A stretch of DNA of 64,000 bases from Squalus acanthias (taxonomy: Eukaryota), in NCBI GenBank assembly GCA_030390025.1, contig CM059432.1, positions 150,104,001-150,168,000 of the forward strand, given 5' to 3'. The notes under the pieces are model-generated. The model was not told the DNA's origin. It did not search any database and worked only from the letters and a program-made list of their open reading frames with translations. A program made the position numbers and the translations under genes. Shown here piece by piece: positions 1 through 13,025 of this stretch; position 1 is the first letter of the stretch, and the number at the start of each line of letters is the position of its first letter.

Positions 1-1234
1 TTGATGGAGACGGGACTAAAACCCGACAAACAGCAGTCCCGCCTCCAACGCGCCCCCATTGGCAAAATCGCCCCCGATATTTCTATGATAAGATAGCAAA
101 GTTTCTAAGCGGCTTTGATGCCAAATATCAATTCTAAGAGCAGAGTGTTGTAGATTGGAAGCTCAGCATCATGGGTTATTCAAACTTGCTGTCCCAAGAA
201 TAATGGAATCAAAAAATACAATTTGTCCATCAAGCCCCTTTTTTCTACACCTGTATGATCTATTCCATTCTAGACTCAACGCAATCCTGAGCAACAGTTG
301 TGCAAAGATTCCCTCTGCTTCCCCATGACAAATGAAGACAAATTTCATCCGACTATTTCATCCTTGACTGGTTGGCGTGGCAGGGTATACTGACCTGTCT
401 AGGTGTTAAAGCAGTGGGACTGGAATGTGGGGAGCATAACGTCCACTGAATTTCACCCCACCCCCCCCCCCCGCCACCACCCCATCCCTCCAGTTCCCTG
501 TTCCAGGCTGAACACCCAGGATTTTCCAGGATTGGTTCTTGGCGATCACCTTGGCCCATATTGTTTCTGGAGCTCGGCAAGGGCATGGGGGGGGGGGGGA
601 AATTGAACACTTCAGCAGCCCTTACAGAGCTGCGGGTAAAATTTAATGGGATGGAGCCACTTAAAGGTAATAGTGTTAAAAATTGTCGCAGCGTTGTTTA
701 ATGGCTGGTAGAATGGAGATGGTACTGCATGAGGCAGGTGTGAGGAGGGTTAGTCTGCCAGGAGGTGACGGCCATGGTCAACACTGCTTATAGTACCCGC
801 AGGACCTAGGAATAGAGCTGGAAAAAGATACAATACCTTAAAGAATCGGCCAAGGTAAGACCACCTAATAGTGCCATTTACCAGGGAGACAGATTAAATA
901 TGCTTGCCACAAAGGGTTGTCTGTCAACTTATTCCACGTTTACTGCCAGCCCATGCCAAACCCTCACCAACCCTACAGCTTTTTCATTGCTTATCGTGCA
1001 TGCCCATTCTCTATGTTTCAGGTTGGCTGCAAGTGAGCTTAAAGTAAATGGTAAAGCGATGTAACTGGCCTGTGGAGCCAATGGTCCTTGGTCATTGGCA
1101 GGTAGGCATGCCAAGGCCACCAGGTATGAGGCATAACTGCAGGTGCAGCCAATGCAATTTAGTTAGGTACTTGCTGATCTCCATATCGTGCCTTTTTTCA
1201 TCTTGTACCACTTCGGTGAAGAAATACAATATTT

Positions 1235-2331
1235 CATAGAATCAGAGAATCTTACAGCATAGAAGGAGATCATTTGGCCCGTCATGTCTGTGCCGGCTCT
1301 TTGAAAGAGCTGTCCAATTTAGTCCCACACCCCAGCTTTTTCCCCATAACCCTGCAAATGAGTCCTCTTCAAGTACATGTCCAATGGCCTTTTGAAAGTT
1401 CCCATGGAATCTGATTCAGGAAGTGCATTCCAGATCTTAACAACCCTCTGTTTCATTTCTCTCAAGTTCGTTTGCCAATTATTTTAAATCTACGACCTTT
1501 GGTTACCGACCCACTTGCCAGAGAAAATGGTTTCTCCCTACTTGCTCTATCAAAAGCCCTCATAATTTTGAATACCTTCATTGGGTCTCCCCTTACCCTT
1601 CTCTGCTCTAAGGAGAACAATCCCAGCATCTCTAATCTCTCCACACAACTGAACTCCCTCATCCCTAGTATCATCCTGATAAACCTCCTCTGTACCCTCT
1701 CCAGGGCCTTGACATCCTTCCTAAAGTGCGGTGTCCAGAACTGTACACAATACTCCAGCTGAGGTCTAACCAGTGATTTGTAAGGGTCCAGCTTGACTTG
1801 TTGTTTTTGTATTCAATGTCCCTATTTACAAAGCTAAGTATCCCATACACTTCCTTAACTGTCTTATCAACTTGCTCTACCAACTTCAAAGATTTGTGAA
1901 TATGCACCCCCAGTTCCTTCTGCTTTTTCACCCCCCTCAAAACAGTACCATTTAGAATATCCTGCCTCTCCATGTTGTTCTTCCCAAAGTGCATCACTTC
2001 ACACTTATCTGCATTAAATTGCATCTGCCATGTGTTTGCCCATTTCACCAGTCTTTCTAAAAGTCCTTGAAGTCTGCTACTACCCTCCTCATTATTTACT
2101 GTTTGCCAAGTTTTGTATCATCCGCAACTTCAAAGTTGTACTCCCTATACCCAAGTCCAGGTCATTTATAGATAACAAGAAAAGCAATGGTCCGAGTACC
2201 GACCCCTGGGGGACCCCACTGCATACGTCTCTCCAGTCAGAAAAACATTGATTCACCACTACTCTCTGCCTCCTATCCCTCAGCCAATTACGTACCCAAG
2301 TTACCATCGTCCCTTTAATCCCCTGAGCTTC
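1235..2331 (-). mobile_element. CR1 LINE, 5'-truncated and decayed (RT C-terminal half plus 3' UTR)
   Basis: Broken minus-strand ORFs with SGVPQGSVLGPLLF, WQMQFNADKCEVMHFG and LFSLEQRRVRGD; short-repeat tail near 1235-1250. Confidence 0.9.
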
Positions 2332-2332
2332 T

Positions 2333-2363
2333 GTGTGTTAACCGTGGCTCAGTTGGTATCACC
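2333..2363 (+). mobile_element. Fragment of a tRNA-derived SINE head
   Basis: gtgtgttaaccgtggctcagttggtatcacc nearly matches the SINE head at 13458 (A box TGGCTCAGTTGG). Confidence 0.55.
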
Positions 2364-2940
2364 ATGCTCTGTTTAATAAGGGGAGGAGAATAAACTGAAA
2401 AGAGTATTTTAAATATAAGCTAAAAGATCATTATAAGGCTCTGTGGATGTTTTATTCAGAAAGGAATTTAAAGATACTAATTTATGATCAATTGTTAAAG
2501 TACAATAGATTAATATATGTTACGGGAGACAAATTAAACTTCAGTTTTTGATGTTAATAAGTGGTGGAGGAATGATTGTGCAGAGTGAACACAAACATCT
2601 GCTACACATGAAACTTTGGTCCAATCTACACTATACTTGCACTTTTACATTCCCCTTTGTGCCTAAGCTCACACTGGTCCTATTAGACATACTTAAAGAC
2701 TTTCAGAGCTTTGAAACTAACTGATTGGCCAGACTCAAACCATAGGTATTGGTGAACATATCACCAAGAATCAGAAAAAATAAACTGAATGGCAGGAAGC
2801 ACCTTATAATAAAACTAGTCCAATGTGGACTCTAGTAGTCAGGAAACTGTAAGCAGTTTATGGCTACTTGGAGATTGAAGCAGGAAGGCTTGTTGTAGAG
2901 AAGGACTTTATGTAGTTTCCATATTAGTGAAGGATCCATA

Positions 2941-3075
2941 GGCTAAATTCACTGATCCCACATTCCTAATGGGAAGCCACTTCAAAGGGAGTTCATGTTG
3001 GGGAATCAGCACTACAGTGTTGTAGCCTTGTCTCTGATCCACAATTCCTTCGAGTGTGGGTCGTTGAATTTACCC
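2941..3075. mobile_element. Small decayed MITE-like inverted-repeat element
   Basis: Ends ggctaaattca / tgaatttaccc are near-inverted; flanking 3-mers are ata and aca. Confidence 0.4.
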
Positions 3076-3589
3076 ACATAGGCCTCATGTTGTATCAGAG
3101 TGTGATAATGTTGGCTAATGATGTTCCTCGGGGTATATTCTAGGTCACCTGCTAAATACACGTACTATACAATGAAAATAGTATGGAGGAACATTTCATA
3201 ATATTTAGAAATTTGCTGATGACACTGAGCTCTGTGCCTTCATGGCCATTGTTGGGGAGATTGATAATATTCAAAGTCATTTGGAAAAATTGGGCTGAAG
3301 AATGGCAGATGTGGATAACTGTAAGATAATGTACATCAGAACAGTAAATAACATGTGTGCACACAAAGAATGGGTGTCCACATTTAAAACAGATGCCTAC
3401 AATTTCCACTGGGATAAATGGCTAAAAATGGCTGTTTACACCATTTTTCAAGGGTTCCCATAAATTTTCTGTCAAAGTTACGGCGGAGATTGAGAGAGCA
3501 GAAAGTCTCCCCCAGGCTGTTATGACTGGGATTACTGAAAGTGGCCAGTTAATGTGAAGCTGCTCGGACCAAGGCAGCTCACCAGAAGC

Positions 3590-4020
3590 AGGCTGGGCCT
3601 ATACTCATTGGAGTTTAGAAGAATTAGAGGGAATCTTATTGAAACATATAAGATTCTGAGTTGGACAGGGTAGATGCAGAGAGGATGCTTCCTCTCGTGG
3701 GGGAATCTAGAACTATGGGGCATAATTTCAGAATAAGGGGTCGCACATTTAAAACGGAGATGAGGAGGAATTTCTTCTGAGGGTCGTGAATCTTTGGAAT
3801 TCTCTTCCCCAGAGAGCTGTGGAGGCTGGGTCATTGAATATATTTAAGGTGGAGATAGACAGACTTTTGAACGATAAGGGAATCAAGGGTTATGGGGAAC
3901 GGGTGGGGAAGTGGAGTTGAGGTCAAGATCAGGTCAGCCATGATCTCATTAAATGGTGGAGCAGGTTCGAGGGGCCGAATGACCGACTCCTGCTCCTACG
4001 TCTTATGTTCTTATGTTCTT
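3590..4020 (+). mobile_element. CR1 LINE 3' end
   Basis: Encodes LYSLEFRR..RG.LIETYKIL, then the CR1 3' UTR and a (ttcttatg)n tail. Confidence 0.9.
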
Positions 4021-4453
4021 AAGGGAAACGTCAGAGAATTACCAAATAAGTTTCAAATCCAAGAGCAGGATCAGCTCTTATTTGTTACTTTAATGCGCTC
4101 CATTTGAAATTCCGTCCTGTTGTACAGTGAGATGTGGGCACCTGGGTGTACATTTTTTTAAAATTTTTGTTGAGTTTCATGGCTTAGCAGAGGGTTTGAA
4201 TGAAAGATTTTTCACTGCAAAAGAAGAAGCACCTAATTGTAATGTAAGCTGAGGAAGTGACTGGGTTCTGGAGAAAAGGACTGACTGTGTTTGAGACACG
4301 GGGGGCCTGTTCTACAAACATTGCTAACATTGCAGCGGTTTTTCAAATTCCACTTTCTTTCATCTTGGGGAAAGGGAGCTTAATCCCTGCTCGAATCAAA
4401 CTGAACGATCTCATAGTTGGTAACAGAATCAGGTTTCAACCCAGCGTCAAAAT

Positions 4454-4658
4454 TAAACTCTCCAACTGTACAACACAGTGAGAGATCGAGTATCGGGTCC
4501 TCTTTAAACTCTCCAACTGTGCAACACAGTGAGAGATCGAGTATCGGGTCCTCTTTAAACTCTCCAACTGTGCAACACAGTGAGAGATCGAGTATCGGGT
4601 CCTCTTTAAACTCTCCAACTGTGCAACACAGTGAGAGATCGAGTATCGGGTCCTCTTT
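4454..4658. repeat. Minisatellite, about 4 x 51 bp
   Basis: Unit taaactctccaactgtgcaacacagtgagagatcgagtatcgggtcctctt repeated head to tail. Confidence 0.95.
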
Positions 4659-4821
4659 GTATCTTGAGCGCAGTCTTGAAACACCTCCCCCTTCTGCCTG
4701 ATGTGAATGATCCTAATTCCCAGACTATCCATCCTGATCACTTTCTACATGAAGCTACCAAATTATGCTGGCTGGGTGTGTGGTGTGGCTGCACGGCCAC
4801 TAGGAACTGGGTTAAGAGATG

Positions 4822-5169
4822 CGCTGCAGCAACTCGCCAAGGCTTCTTCGGCAGCACCTCCCAAACCCGTAACCTCTTCCACCTCGAAGGACGAGGGCAG
4901 CAGGCACATGGGAACACCATCACCTCCAAGTTCCCCTCCAAGTCACACACCATCCTGACTTAGAAGTAAATCGGCCGATCCTTCATCGTCGCTGTGTCAA
5001 AATCCTGGAATTCCCTCCCTGACAGCACTGTGGGAGCACCTTCACCACACGGACTGCAGCGGTTCAAGAAGGCGGCTCACCACCACCTTCTCGAGGGCAA
5101 TTAGGGATGGGCAATAAATGCTGGACTTGCCAGTGACGCCCACATCCCATAAAAAAACAAATAAAAAAG
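4822..5169 (+). mobile_element. Non-LTR retrotransposon 3' end (second LINE family, CR1/L2-superclade-like)
   Basis: Same sequence as 12474-13025 (minus) and 55975-56187; ends gggcaattagggatgggcaataaatgctgg with an A-rich tail. Confidence 0.8.
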
Positions 5170-5380
5170 AGTGTCTAATTTAGCCAGGAACTAGGTGAGG
5201 CATTTGGACTATCTTAGTAGAATCATAAATAGAAATGCTTTGACAGGAATAGTTCAAAGTGAAATGTGGAATCTATGAATTTAATGTATTTTCTGAAAAA
5301 TACAGGAAAACAGTTGTTTTCATAGAGACGAGCATTTATATAGCGCCTTTAACACGTCCAGGCACTAATGTAGAAACAAG

Positions 5381-6405
5381 GTGGGGAATTCTAACCTCAA
5401 AACGGCTGCATTGGGGTCGGGTGGGAGGTTAAAGTGTTAAAAAACAGAATCCCGACCACAGCCCACCCACTTCCGGTTTTAACGGGGATGGGCAGCCAAC
5501 CCGCTCCGAGGAGGCGGATCGCCCATTTAAACATTATAATGAGGCTGGCGAGCTTCAGATTTAACCACCATTTTAAATTTAACTCTGGCTGCTCGGGTTT
5601 CTCAGGCCTCAGAGAACCTGCCAGCTAAAGTAAGGTGAGGACTGCTGGATCCAGGAGGTAAGAGCCTTTACACTTACCTTCTGAGTCCAGCGTCCCTGCC
5701 GAACCCACCCCCTGCGATCGGACACCACCCCTGAGGCCTCCGATTTCCGCCCCCCCACCCCCACCCCGAGGCCTCCGATCCCCCCACGAGGCCTCCGATC
5801 ACCCCCCCCCTCGGGCCCCGGTCACCTTCCCAGACTCTCCCCTCCAGCCCCGATGTTCACCCTGCCCCGATCCTCTGACCCTCCACCACCCTCAGCCCCC
5901 ACCCGATCCCTCCCCCCCTTCCTCTCTGCGGCCGAGTGCCGCAGGCCTACCCGCCTACAGCTAGTCAGCCTCTCCATCTGGCTGGCTGTGGGTGGGAAAC
6001 AGAGCTTTGAAATGCAAATCAGGCCTGGCCGTTAAGTTCAGCAGGGCCTGCGGGAAACCCCTTCTCCTGGTTTTCCTGACCGCTTTCTAGCTCCCCTCCC
6101 CCCACACCGAAGCCCACCACCACCCACCCAGCTCCCGACCCCCCCACCGCACCGCCCCCCCCCTCCCCCCGCACCGCCCCCCCTCCCCCCCCAACCCCCA
6201 CCACCCACCCAGCTCCCGACCCCCCCCCGCACCGCCCCCCCTCCCCCCGCACCGCCCCCCCTCCCCCCCCAACCCCCACCACCCACCCAGCTCCCGACCC
6301 CCCCCCCCCGCACCGCCCCCCCCTCCTCCCGCACCGCCCCCCCTCCCCCCCCAACCCCCACCACCCACCCAGCTCCCGACCCACCTCCAGATTAAAAGTC
6401 CGGCC
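5381..6405. mobile_element. Non-autonomous DNA transposon (Harbinger-like MITE), TSD AAG
   Basis: aag at 5378-5380 and 6406-6408; degenerate inverted ends (gtggggaattctaac / ttaaaagtccggcc); subterminal gggtcgggtggg / ccgacccacc. Confidence 0.55.
6095..6385. repeat. C-rich minisatellite inside the MITE
   Basis: Repeated ccccaccacccacccagctcccgacccc..gcaccgcccc units. Confidence 0.9.
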
Positions 6406-6539
6406 AAGGAGTCGTATCCATAGAGATATGGAAACATCTGTGTAGAGATAACCAATTGTTTGTGTACGATGGATTCAGGGTGGTAAACAGAGTAAATTGG
6501 GTTATTCGAGACTGACACCTCAAATCTACTGCAAATATC

Positions 6540-7310
6540 TGCACCTGAATTATCCTCCCAAAAAGTTGCCAGTCCCCTTTAAGGTTTGCCAGGAGCCTAA
6601 TCTGCCTCTTGTCGTTCCCAATGGAAGCAGACAAGGAGATCGAGCTATCCAGTTCCACAGACGAGCGTGGTTCCAAAGGTACAAGGAGCAATTGATGGAA
6701 CACGTGAGCCACCCAAAACCCCATAAAACAGCCCCACAATTTGATGAATAGGAACGTCTTTCGTTCTATTAATGTCCTACTAGTGTGAGATGCCAATGAC
6801 CTTATCCTGTACATCAATGTCAGTTACCCAGGAAACGGCAATGATGCTTTCACCATGTGGCAATAAACTTTGTCGACCATCATCACTCAGAGCCCTGCAC
6901 CCAGCTGGCTGATTGGTGATCACGGCTCTCCTCTGCAATCATGGCTCAGGAATCCAGTCTGGCTTCTTCAGACAGAAGGGACAACAGATACAATGATGCC
7001 CATTTCACAAGTGTCACAATGGAGCAAACTATAGGCATGTTTAAGGTGCCTTGATAAACCTGGTGGAATCCCGCAATACAGCCTAGCGAGAGTCTCAAGA
7101 ATCATTGCAGCTTAATGCGTTCTGTAATATATCGATGATGCAAAGCTTGCTGCTTCTAGAAGCTGAAGACAATGATGATGAAAAGGGTGGGGGGGTGGAG
7201 AAGGACTTGTCTCCCCATACGATGCCAGTGCACGGGAAGGAGAGCACATGGGACAGGACAGTCAGCAGTTAGAGAAAGGGGGGTGCGACTGATAGCCCAG
7301 TGATTTTAAT
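6540..7310 (+). pseudogene. Decayed Harbinger DDE transposase
   Basis: Frameshifted motifs FPKVQGAIDG, NRNVFRSINVLLV, YPGNGNDAF, WLIGDHGSPLQSWL and MEQTIGMF, collinear with the transposase at 17387. Confidence 0.8.
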
Positions 7311-9745
7311 ATATAAAGGTTGACTCACCAAACAAAGTCACTTCACACCTGTCTGTTTATCCTCCAACACCTGCACAAAGTTCTTCATTGTCAAATACTT
7401 CATCCATGTCCCTTCATAAGAGAGAAGTCTACATTCCTAACTCACAAAAGCTGAAAGTATAAACAGAAACGAACCCAGTACTCTATGTGCACAAGCGTGT
7501 TTACTTCACAGAACATCAAATTCTCCCAAAACTAATTCCATTCTACAACTACTTCTCGACACCGTGTCTACCCTTTGTGCCAGCTAACTTACTTGTTTGT
7601 GTTTCTAATCTACTGCTCCTATAAGGTTCTCCCTCAGTGAGATGCGGTTGAACTGGGATGGTTCCCCTGAGCTTTGATGGCCTGAGATGATTCTAGTCTC
7701 AGTGAAGCGGCTGTTCTGGAGAGACCAGCTTCCGGCAGCTCTTGCCTTGCAGTGGCACTGGGTGCCGTGCCCATGTCTGAAGCACTCTCATATGTAGGTA
7801 TTGGAAGGTGCCTTAAGGTAACAGGCTCAATGTCCCTCTCCGCGGAGACAGTGACATCTACCATCACTCCTTGCAGCCCAGTAGAGCTAGGCCCAGGCAC
7901 TGGGCAGTGTCAGTACAGATCCTATAGATCCAACCAAGTCTTGGAAGGCCTGTGAAACTGTTCTGTTCAAAGTGTCGTGACAGCACTGTCAGCTGAAACT
8001 CCAGAATCCACCAATGTCCTTAGAAGCTGTTTCTGGTGCCTCGATACAGCAGGAATCTCCCAGGCTGCCGCAGCGTTCGGGTCCTGGGAAACTTCCTGCA
8101 ATGTGTTGCCATTGTGGATAGTGAACTCCTCACATTAATCCATCATCTCAACCATAAGCATTGGAAACTCTCTCCACTGCATCTACGTGAGATCAATGCT
8201 TCCTAATCATTGCTCTTTTGAAGGCTGACCCCTAAGGTCTGGGTCACAGTGTCCTCAGCTGAGGGTGCTTCTTTCTCCACTCTCTGCTGAGGAATAGCAG
8301 TCTCCCTCTCTGCCACTCCCAATCTCATTAAAGCTTCACCCAGTGATAGTCGTTCTGACTCACTAGCGACTTCCTCCTGAGTGGGATCTCTGTGTTGGCA
8401 CTTGCACAAGGAAGATGCCATGACGCAGTTGGTGAGGAAGTGGCAGCAGATGAGGCTATGGTTCCAGTTGGTAACTCCACAGTGGAAGAGGCTATACAAT
8501 GATCGGATTGGCTGGCCTCTTCCTGCAAGGCAGCTATGATGTGAAACCCAGTCGAGCTTGTTTAGCTGCACTCACAGTGACATTCCCCCGAAGTGTAAGG
8601 GGATTGCAGCAATTTGAGAAAAGACCTCTGCAGGTCAGCCGACATACCTTGGAAAACCTGGTGTGAGTCAGCAGAAGTGCACAATGCACTCTGGACTTGT
8701 TTACGAACTGTGGTCAACCAGGACTGTTCAAACCATTAAAATCGTGAGTGTGTAGACTCACGTGTGAGATATCACTCATAAAGGGTTGGGTAACAATTAC
8801 TGGAAAAGTTGACTCACAAGTGAGTTGTGACGACCCTAATGACAAACCAAGAGTGGTTGAAGAGGACGATCGTGCCAGCGATTACATGCTGTCCATACCA
8901 CTAAGGAAGGATAAAGGAAGATAGAAATAGCCACTTTGACACTAGCCGATGGTGAGGAAACATACCATCCAAGAAGAAAGAGGTCAGGAAGAAGCTTCGC
9001 GAACAAAGAGACCGATCACCTCAATGCTCCAAGTGCTGTGCAGCCCAGTAAAGATCGTATGTATCTCATCTGTTAACGTTAAGGGAACTGTATCATAATA
9101 TTATGCTGACAATTGTATTAAGAATTGTATTACAAATTAAAAAGTAAAGAGTGTTGTGAGAACAATTATATGTGTTTGAAACTCATTACCCCACTCAATA
9201 TATTAAGACCGAAAGACAGGGAAGTGAAGAAACTTACATTAATGAGCATTTTCCAGCTTTTACTAACCTCCTATTGTCATCTCCATTACAACCTACCCTT
9301 TCCCACAGGCTCTCCTGGCTGCCTGCCCACCATGTGCAGTGCCTGCTCTTCATGTGCGCTCAGAGTTTTCAGTACTGCTACTCCTCCCCTGGTCGTATTT
9401 CTTTCACACTGAATGTGAGTCATCTTTTCCATTGGAAGAGAGAGGCAATGTTAAGGGCGTACATGTGGCAGCGTCACTTTCCCCCGTACGAGTGCATGCA
9501 CCCCATGATGATGAGCTGTGGTTAATAGGATTATGCGATTATATCGGGTGTCCTTGAGGCAGGCAATGTGAGCTGCCAGAGTGGTTTAGAGTAAAGAAGG
9601 TGCTGAAATGTTTGCAAGGGTGCCCTTTTGCATTGGTACGTTGCCCTGACTCCCAGATGCTGAGAGAGAAAAAGTATGAGAGGTCAGGAGATGAGCGAAG
9701 GTTGTCTGAGTGGTAGAGGATGTGTGTTGGCAAGAATGCTTAAAC

Positions 9746-9970
9746 TTACCACAGCCACCCTATGAAGTCATTGAACCATTTCTGGCACTGTTTGGCAGTA
9801 ATCGGGGTGGAGGAGGTTGCATTGACTGTCTCTGCCACCTCCCTCCAGGCAGCCCGCACAACCCTCCTGCCATCAGTGCCGAACAATCTTACTCTTCTGT
9901 CCCTGACTTCTGCCAAAAAAGATCTCCAGGGATGTGTCTGAGGATCCAAGGGCTCTTCCGCTGCCCACAC
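9746..9970 (-). pseudogene. Myb/SANT-like exon 1 of the decayed Harbinger element spanning about 6480-10240
   Basis: RRVRLFG..RAAWREVAETVNA..TAKQCQKWFNDF, followed by a gtaagt donor; converges on the 6540 transposase. Confidence 0.75.
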
Positions 9971-10525
9971 CCCCCGAGGCAGCTGCTGCTTCAGTCATTC
10001 TTGCGGCTGAGATCCTTTAAAGGCGGTACCAGAACGGCACAACCCTCCTTCTCAGCAATGGCAAACCTAGCTACAGTGGTCTCAACACTCCAAACTCACC
10101 CTGCAGGGCAAATGAGGGGTAAACTGCAGCGGTCTAACAGAGGATTCCCAAAGGCGGGTGGTATTCCCGCTCCACCAATGACATTTTGTGGCAATACCGT
10201 AAACTTTTTCTCATTGAAGAAAAACTGTTGGGGTAAATTTCAACTTGGTGAGGACGCAAAGCAGGTGGCAGCGGATCAGCTGCCTGTCCTACACCCTGCC
10301 TGTTCTTTCCTTTGTGGAAGGGAAGATCGGGTGGGGTGCCTAAAGGGCGGCTTTAATTAAAATGTGATTTCATTGAACTAGATCGGAAGAATTTCGATTT
10401 CATTATTGAGGAATTGAGTGATTTGATTTCAGAGGCATGTTCGAATTGTCCTTTTATCTTTCAGATCTCCCCGCGTGTCACTTTTGGCTGCAATGAATGT
10501 ATGGCATGAAAAAAAAAGTAGCAAT

Positions 10526-10539
10526 GTTACCATGGCAAC
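10526..10539. promoter_or_regulatory. RFX X-box motif
   Basis: GTTACCATGGCAAC matches the near-palindromic X-box consensus GTNRCC(N0-3)RGYAAC and lies in non-repetitive sequence. Confidence 0.5.
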
Positions 10540-11164
10540 CTCCCAAATGAAATCACTCTCCAAGTAATCGCCACCTATTGATATGCACACTGCATCAAAA
10601 CCCCAGCCGCCCTATTGCATTGCAGCAATAAAGTGGAAAATCAAGCAGTGTGTGAATGGAAAGGGTCGGTGGAAGAGCAATTCTGACAACTTGTGAAACA
10701 TTGTGTGGCACTGACACGGTGGTGCGACACGTGGAGCTGCAGGGTGCAGTTTCAGAAGTGCTTTCACTGTGCTTCCCAATCCACCAGGATAAACCTTGGT
10801 TATTATCGCCTCCGGACTGTTGACAAATCATTTTAGATCAATGGTTTCAAGTAACAAGGTCTTGATGTAACAAAATGTTCCCTGTGAGCTAGTATTTAGG
10901 GGCCAAGGCCGCTAACATTGGAAGAATTTAATAAGGCGCAGCATTTTACCTTTCCAGATCCGAATGTCCTTTCAGCTCTCAGAATGCACTGATTTTTTTT
11001 CATACAACCAAAGTCTCTCTGAATTATGAATACCAGCTGGTGCACCGTACACAAACTGGAGGGATGGATAAACCATTTCTCCATCACTGTATTTTTTTTA
11101 TTGCGTTGTAGAAATACGACTGCAGCCCTCAGAGAATTAGGTGACACAACAATGCTAAGAACAG

Positions 11165-11290
11165 TTGGGTATTCTGCGGCGAGTGCCTCACCTCCTGACT
11201 CCCCAAAGCCTTTCCACCATCTACAAGGCACAAGTCAGGAGTGCGGTGGAATACTCTCCACTGGCCTGGATGAGTGCAGCTCCAACAGCA
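11165..11290 (+). mobile_element. Internal fragment of the second LINE family
   Basis: Encodes STIYKAQVRSAVEYSPLAWMSAAPT; inverse match to 12945-13025. Confidence 0.75.
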
Positions 11291-11546
11291 CACTTTCCCA
11301 CACTGAACTCCATCTGCCACTGTTTTGCCCACTCACTTAATCTATCAATGTCCCTTTGCAACTTTCTGCTCCCATCTTTACTATTTACTATGCCACCTAA
11401 TTTAGTGTAGTCAGCAAATTTGGATAGACGGTTCTCTCTTCCTTCATCTAAGTAATTGGTAAATATAGTGAAAAGCTGAGGCCCCAGTACAGATCCCTGG
11501 GGGGACACTATTAGTCACATCCTGCCAATTTGAATACATACCCATT

Positions 11547-12279
11547 GGGCTGGATTTTCAATGACCGTGGAGTCGGGTTTGGAGGTGTGTGGGGGGTTAA
11601 AGTTGTGGGGTCGGGGGTCCCGACCCCATCCCGAATCCATTCCGCCTCCACGCAATTTTGACAAAATCGGTCGCGGGGTTCCCGACTCCGTCCCACCTCC
11701 AAGAGGCGGGAGATGCCATTAAAGCCCTTAACAAGCCCTAAATTGGCTCTGTAATGTCATTTTGAAACGTTTTAGCTAGTTTAACCCTTTTCCGACGTGA
11801 AGTACGCCTGATGTGAAACACTCCAGTGAAACCTGGCGGGAGCACAAGTGGATAGCTGACTATCAGCTGCAGGTCCACTATTACAACGGAGATGTGATGA
11901 AGGTAGTAGTAGTATTAGGTCTGAAAGTCGCCTCTGATGCTGCTGCATTGAATGTCTTCAGAGACTGCCTGGGAGGACTTGGTTGCAAAAAAATTCTCTC
12001 TCTCTCTCTCTCTCTCTGCTCATTTTGCATCCAGGTCCTCTCACATCAAAGTCCAGGCAATCTCTGAGACCAGGCAGTCTCTGACCTGCAATGATGACAT
12101 CATCAGAGGCGACTTTCAGACTGAAACCACTAATTGGTTCATGGGTTCCCACATGCTGGAACTCAATTGCCCAATTAAGTGAAAATTGCATCAATCTCCC
12201 ACATCCAATTGCAGGCGGGTGGATAACACGAAATGAGGATGATACGACCCCAACCCGCCCCAGTATCAAAATCCAGCCC
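11547..12279. mobile_element. Harbinger-type MITE (GGGCTGGATTTT family), TSD ATT
   Basis: 12-bp TIR GGGCTGGATTTT/AAAATCCAGCCC; att at 11544-11546 and 12280-12282; the CR1 host rejoins across it. Confidence 0.92.
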
Positions 12280-12473
12280 ATTATCCCTACTCTCTGTCTC
12301 CTACCTCCCAACCTATTCCCTACCCATGTCGATAGGTTGCGCTCTCATTTCTGCTAACAAATGTTTGTGTGGAACCTTATTGAATGATTTTTGGAAGTCC
12401 ATATAAATAACATTCGTAGACATTCCCTTATGTGCCACGTTAGTGACCTCCTCAAAAAATTGAACTAGGTTAG

Positions 12474-13025
12474 TTTTTTTTTTATTCGTTCCTGGGATGT
12501 GGGCATCGCTGGCAAGGCCAGCATTTATTGCCCATCCCTAATTTCTCTCGAGAAGGTCGTGGTGAGCCGCCTTCTTGAACCGCTGCAGTCCATGTGGTGA
12601 AGGTACTCCCACAGTGCTGTTAGGGAGGGAGTTCCAGGATTTTGACCCAGCGACGATGAAGGATCGGCGATATACTTCCAAGTCAGGATGGTGTGTGACT
12701 CGGAGGGGAACTTGGAGGTGGTGGTGTTCCCATGCGCCTGCTGCCCTTGTCCTTCTAGGTGGAAGAGGTCGTGGGTTTGGGAGGTGCTGCCAAAGAAGCC
12801 TTGGCGAGTTGCTGCAGTGCATCTTGTAGATGGTACACACTGCAGCCACGGTACGCCGATGGTGGAGGGAGTGAATGTTTAAGGTGGTGGATAGGGTGCC
12901 AATCAAGCGGCCTGCTTTGTCCTGGATGGTGTCGAGCTTCTTGAGTGTTGTTGGAGCTGCACTCATCCAGGCAAGTGGAGAGTATTCCATCACACTCCTG
13001 ACTTGTGCCTTATAGATGGTGGAAA
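12474..13025 (-). mobile_element. Second-family LINE 3' end, TSD gttag
   Basis: ORF 12538-12993 (MEYSPLAWMSAAPTTLKKLDTIQDKA...HRRTVAAVCTIYKMHC); poly-T at the left end; gttag duplicated on both sides. Confidence 0.85.

Noticed and set aside
4454..4658. CRISPR-like array (also 20178-20396)
   Set aside because: Units are contiguous with no unique spacers, there are no cas genes, and the context is eukaryotic.
6019..6518. Gly-rich ORFs
   Set aside because: Artefacts of a C-rich minisatellite.
8709..9164. Possible solo LTR (TG...CA) inside the decayed Harbinger
   Set aside because: No matching TSD or second copy was found; insufficient support.
10948..11087. Possible minus-strand exon (MEKWFIHPSS...GSGK|gt)
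   Set aside because: The acceptor region is A-rich rather than pyrimidine-rich and the peptide is not recognisable.
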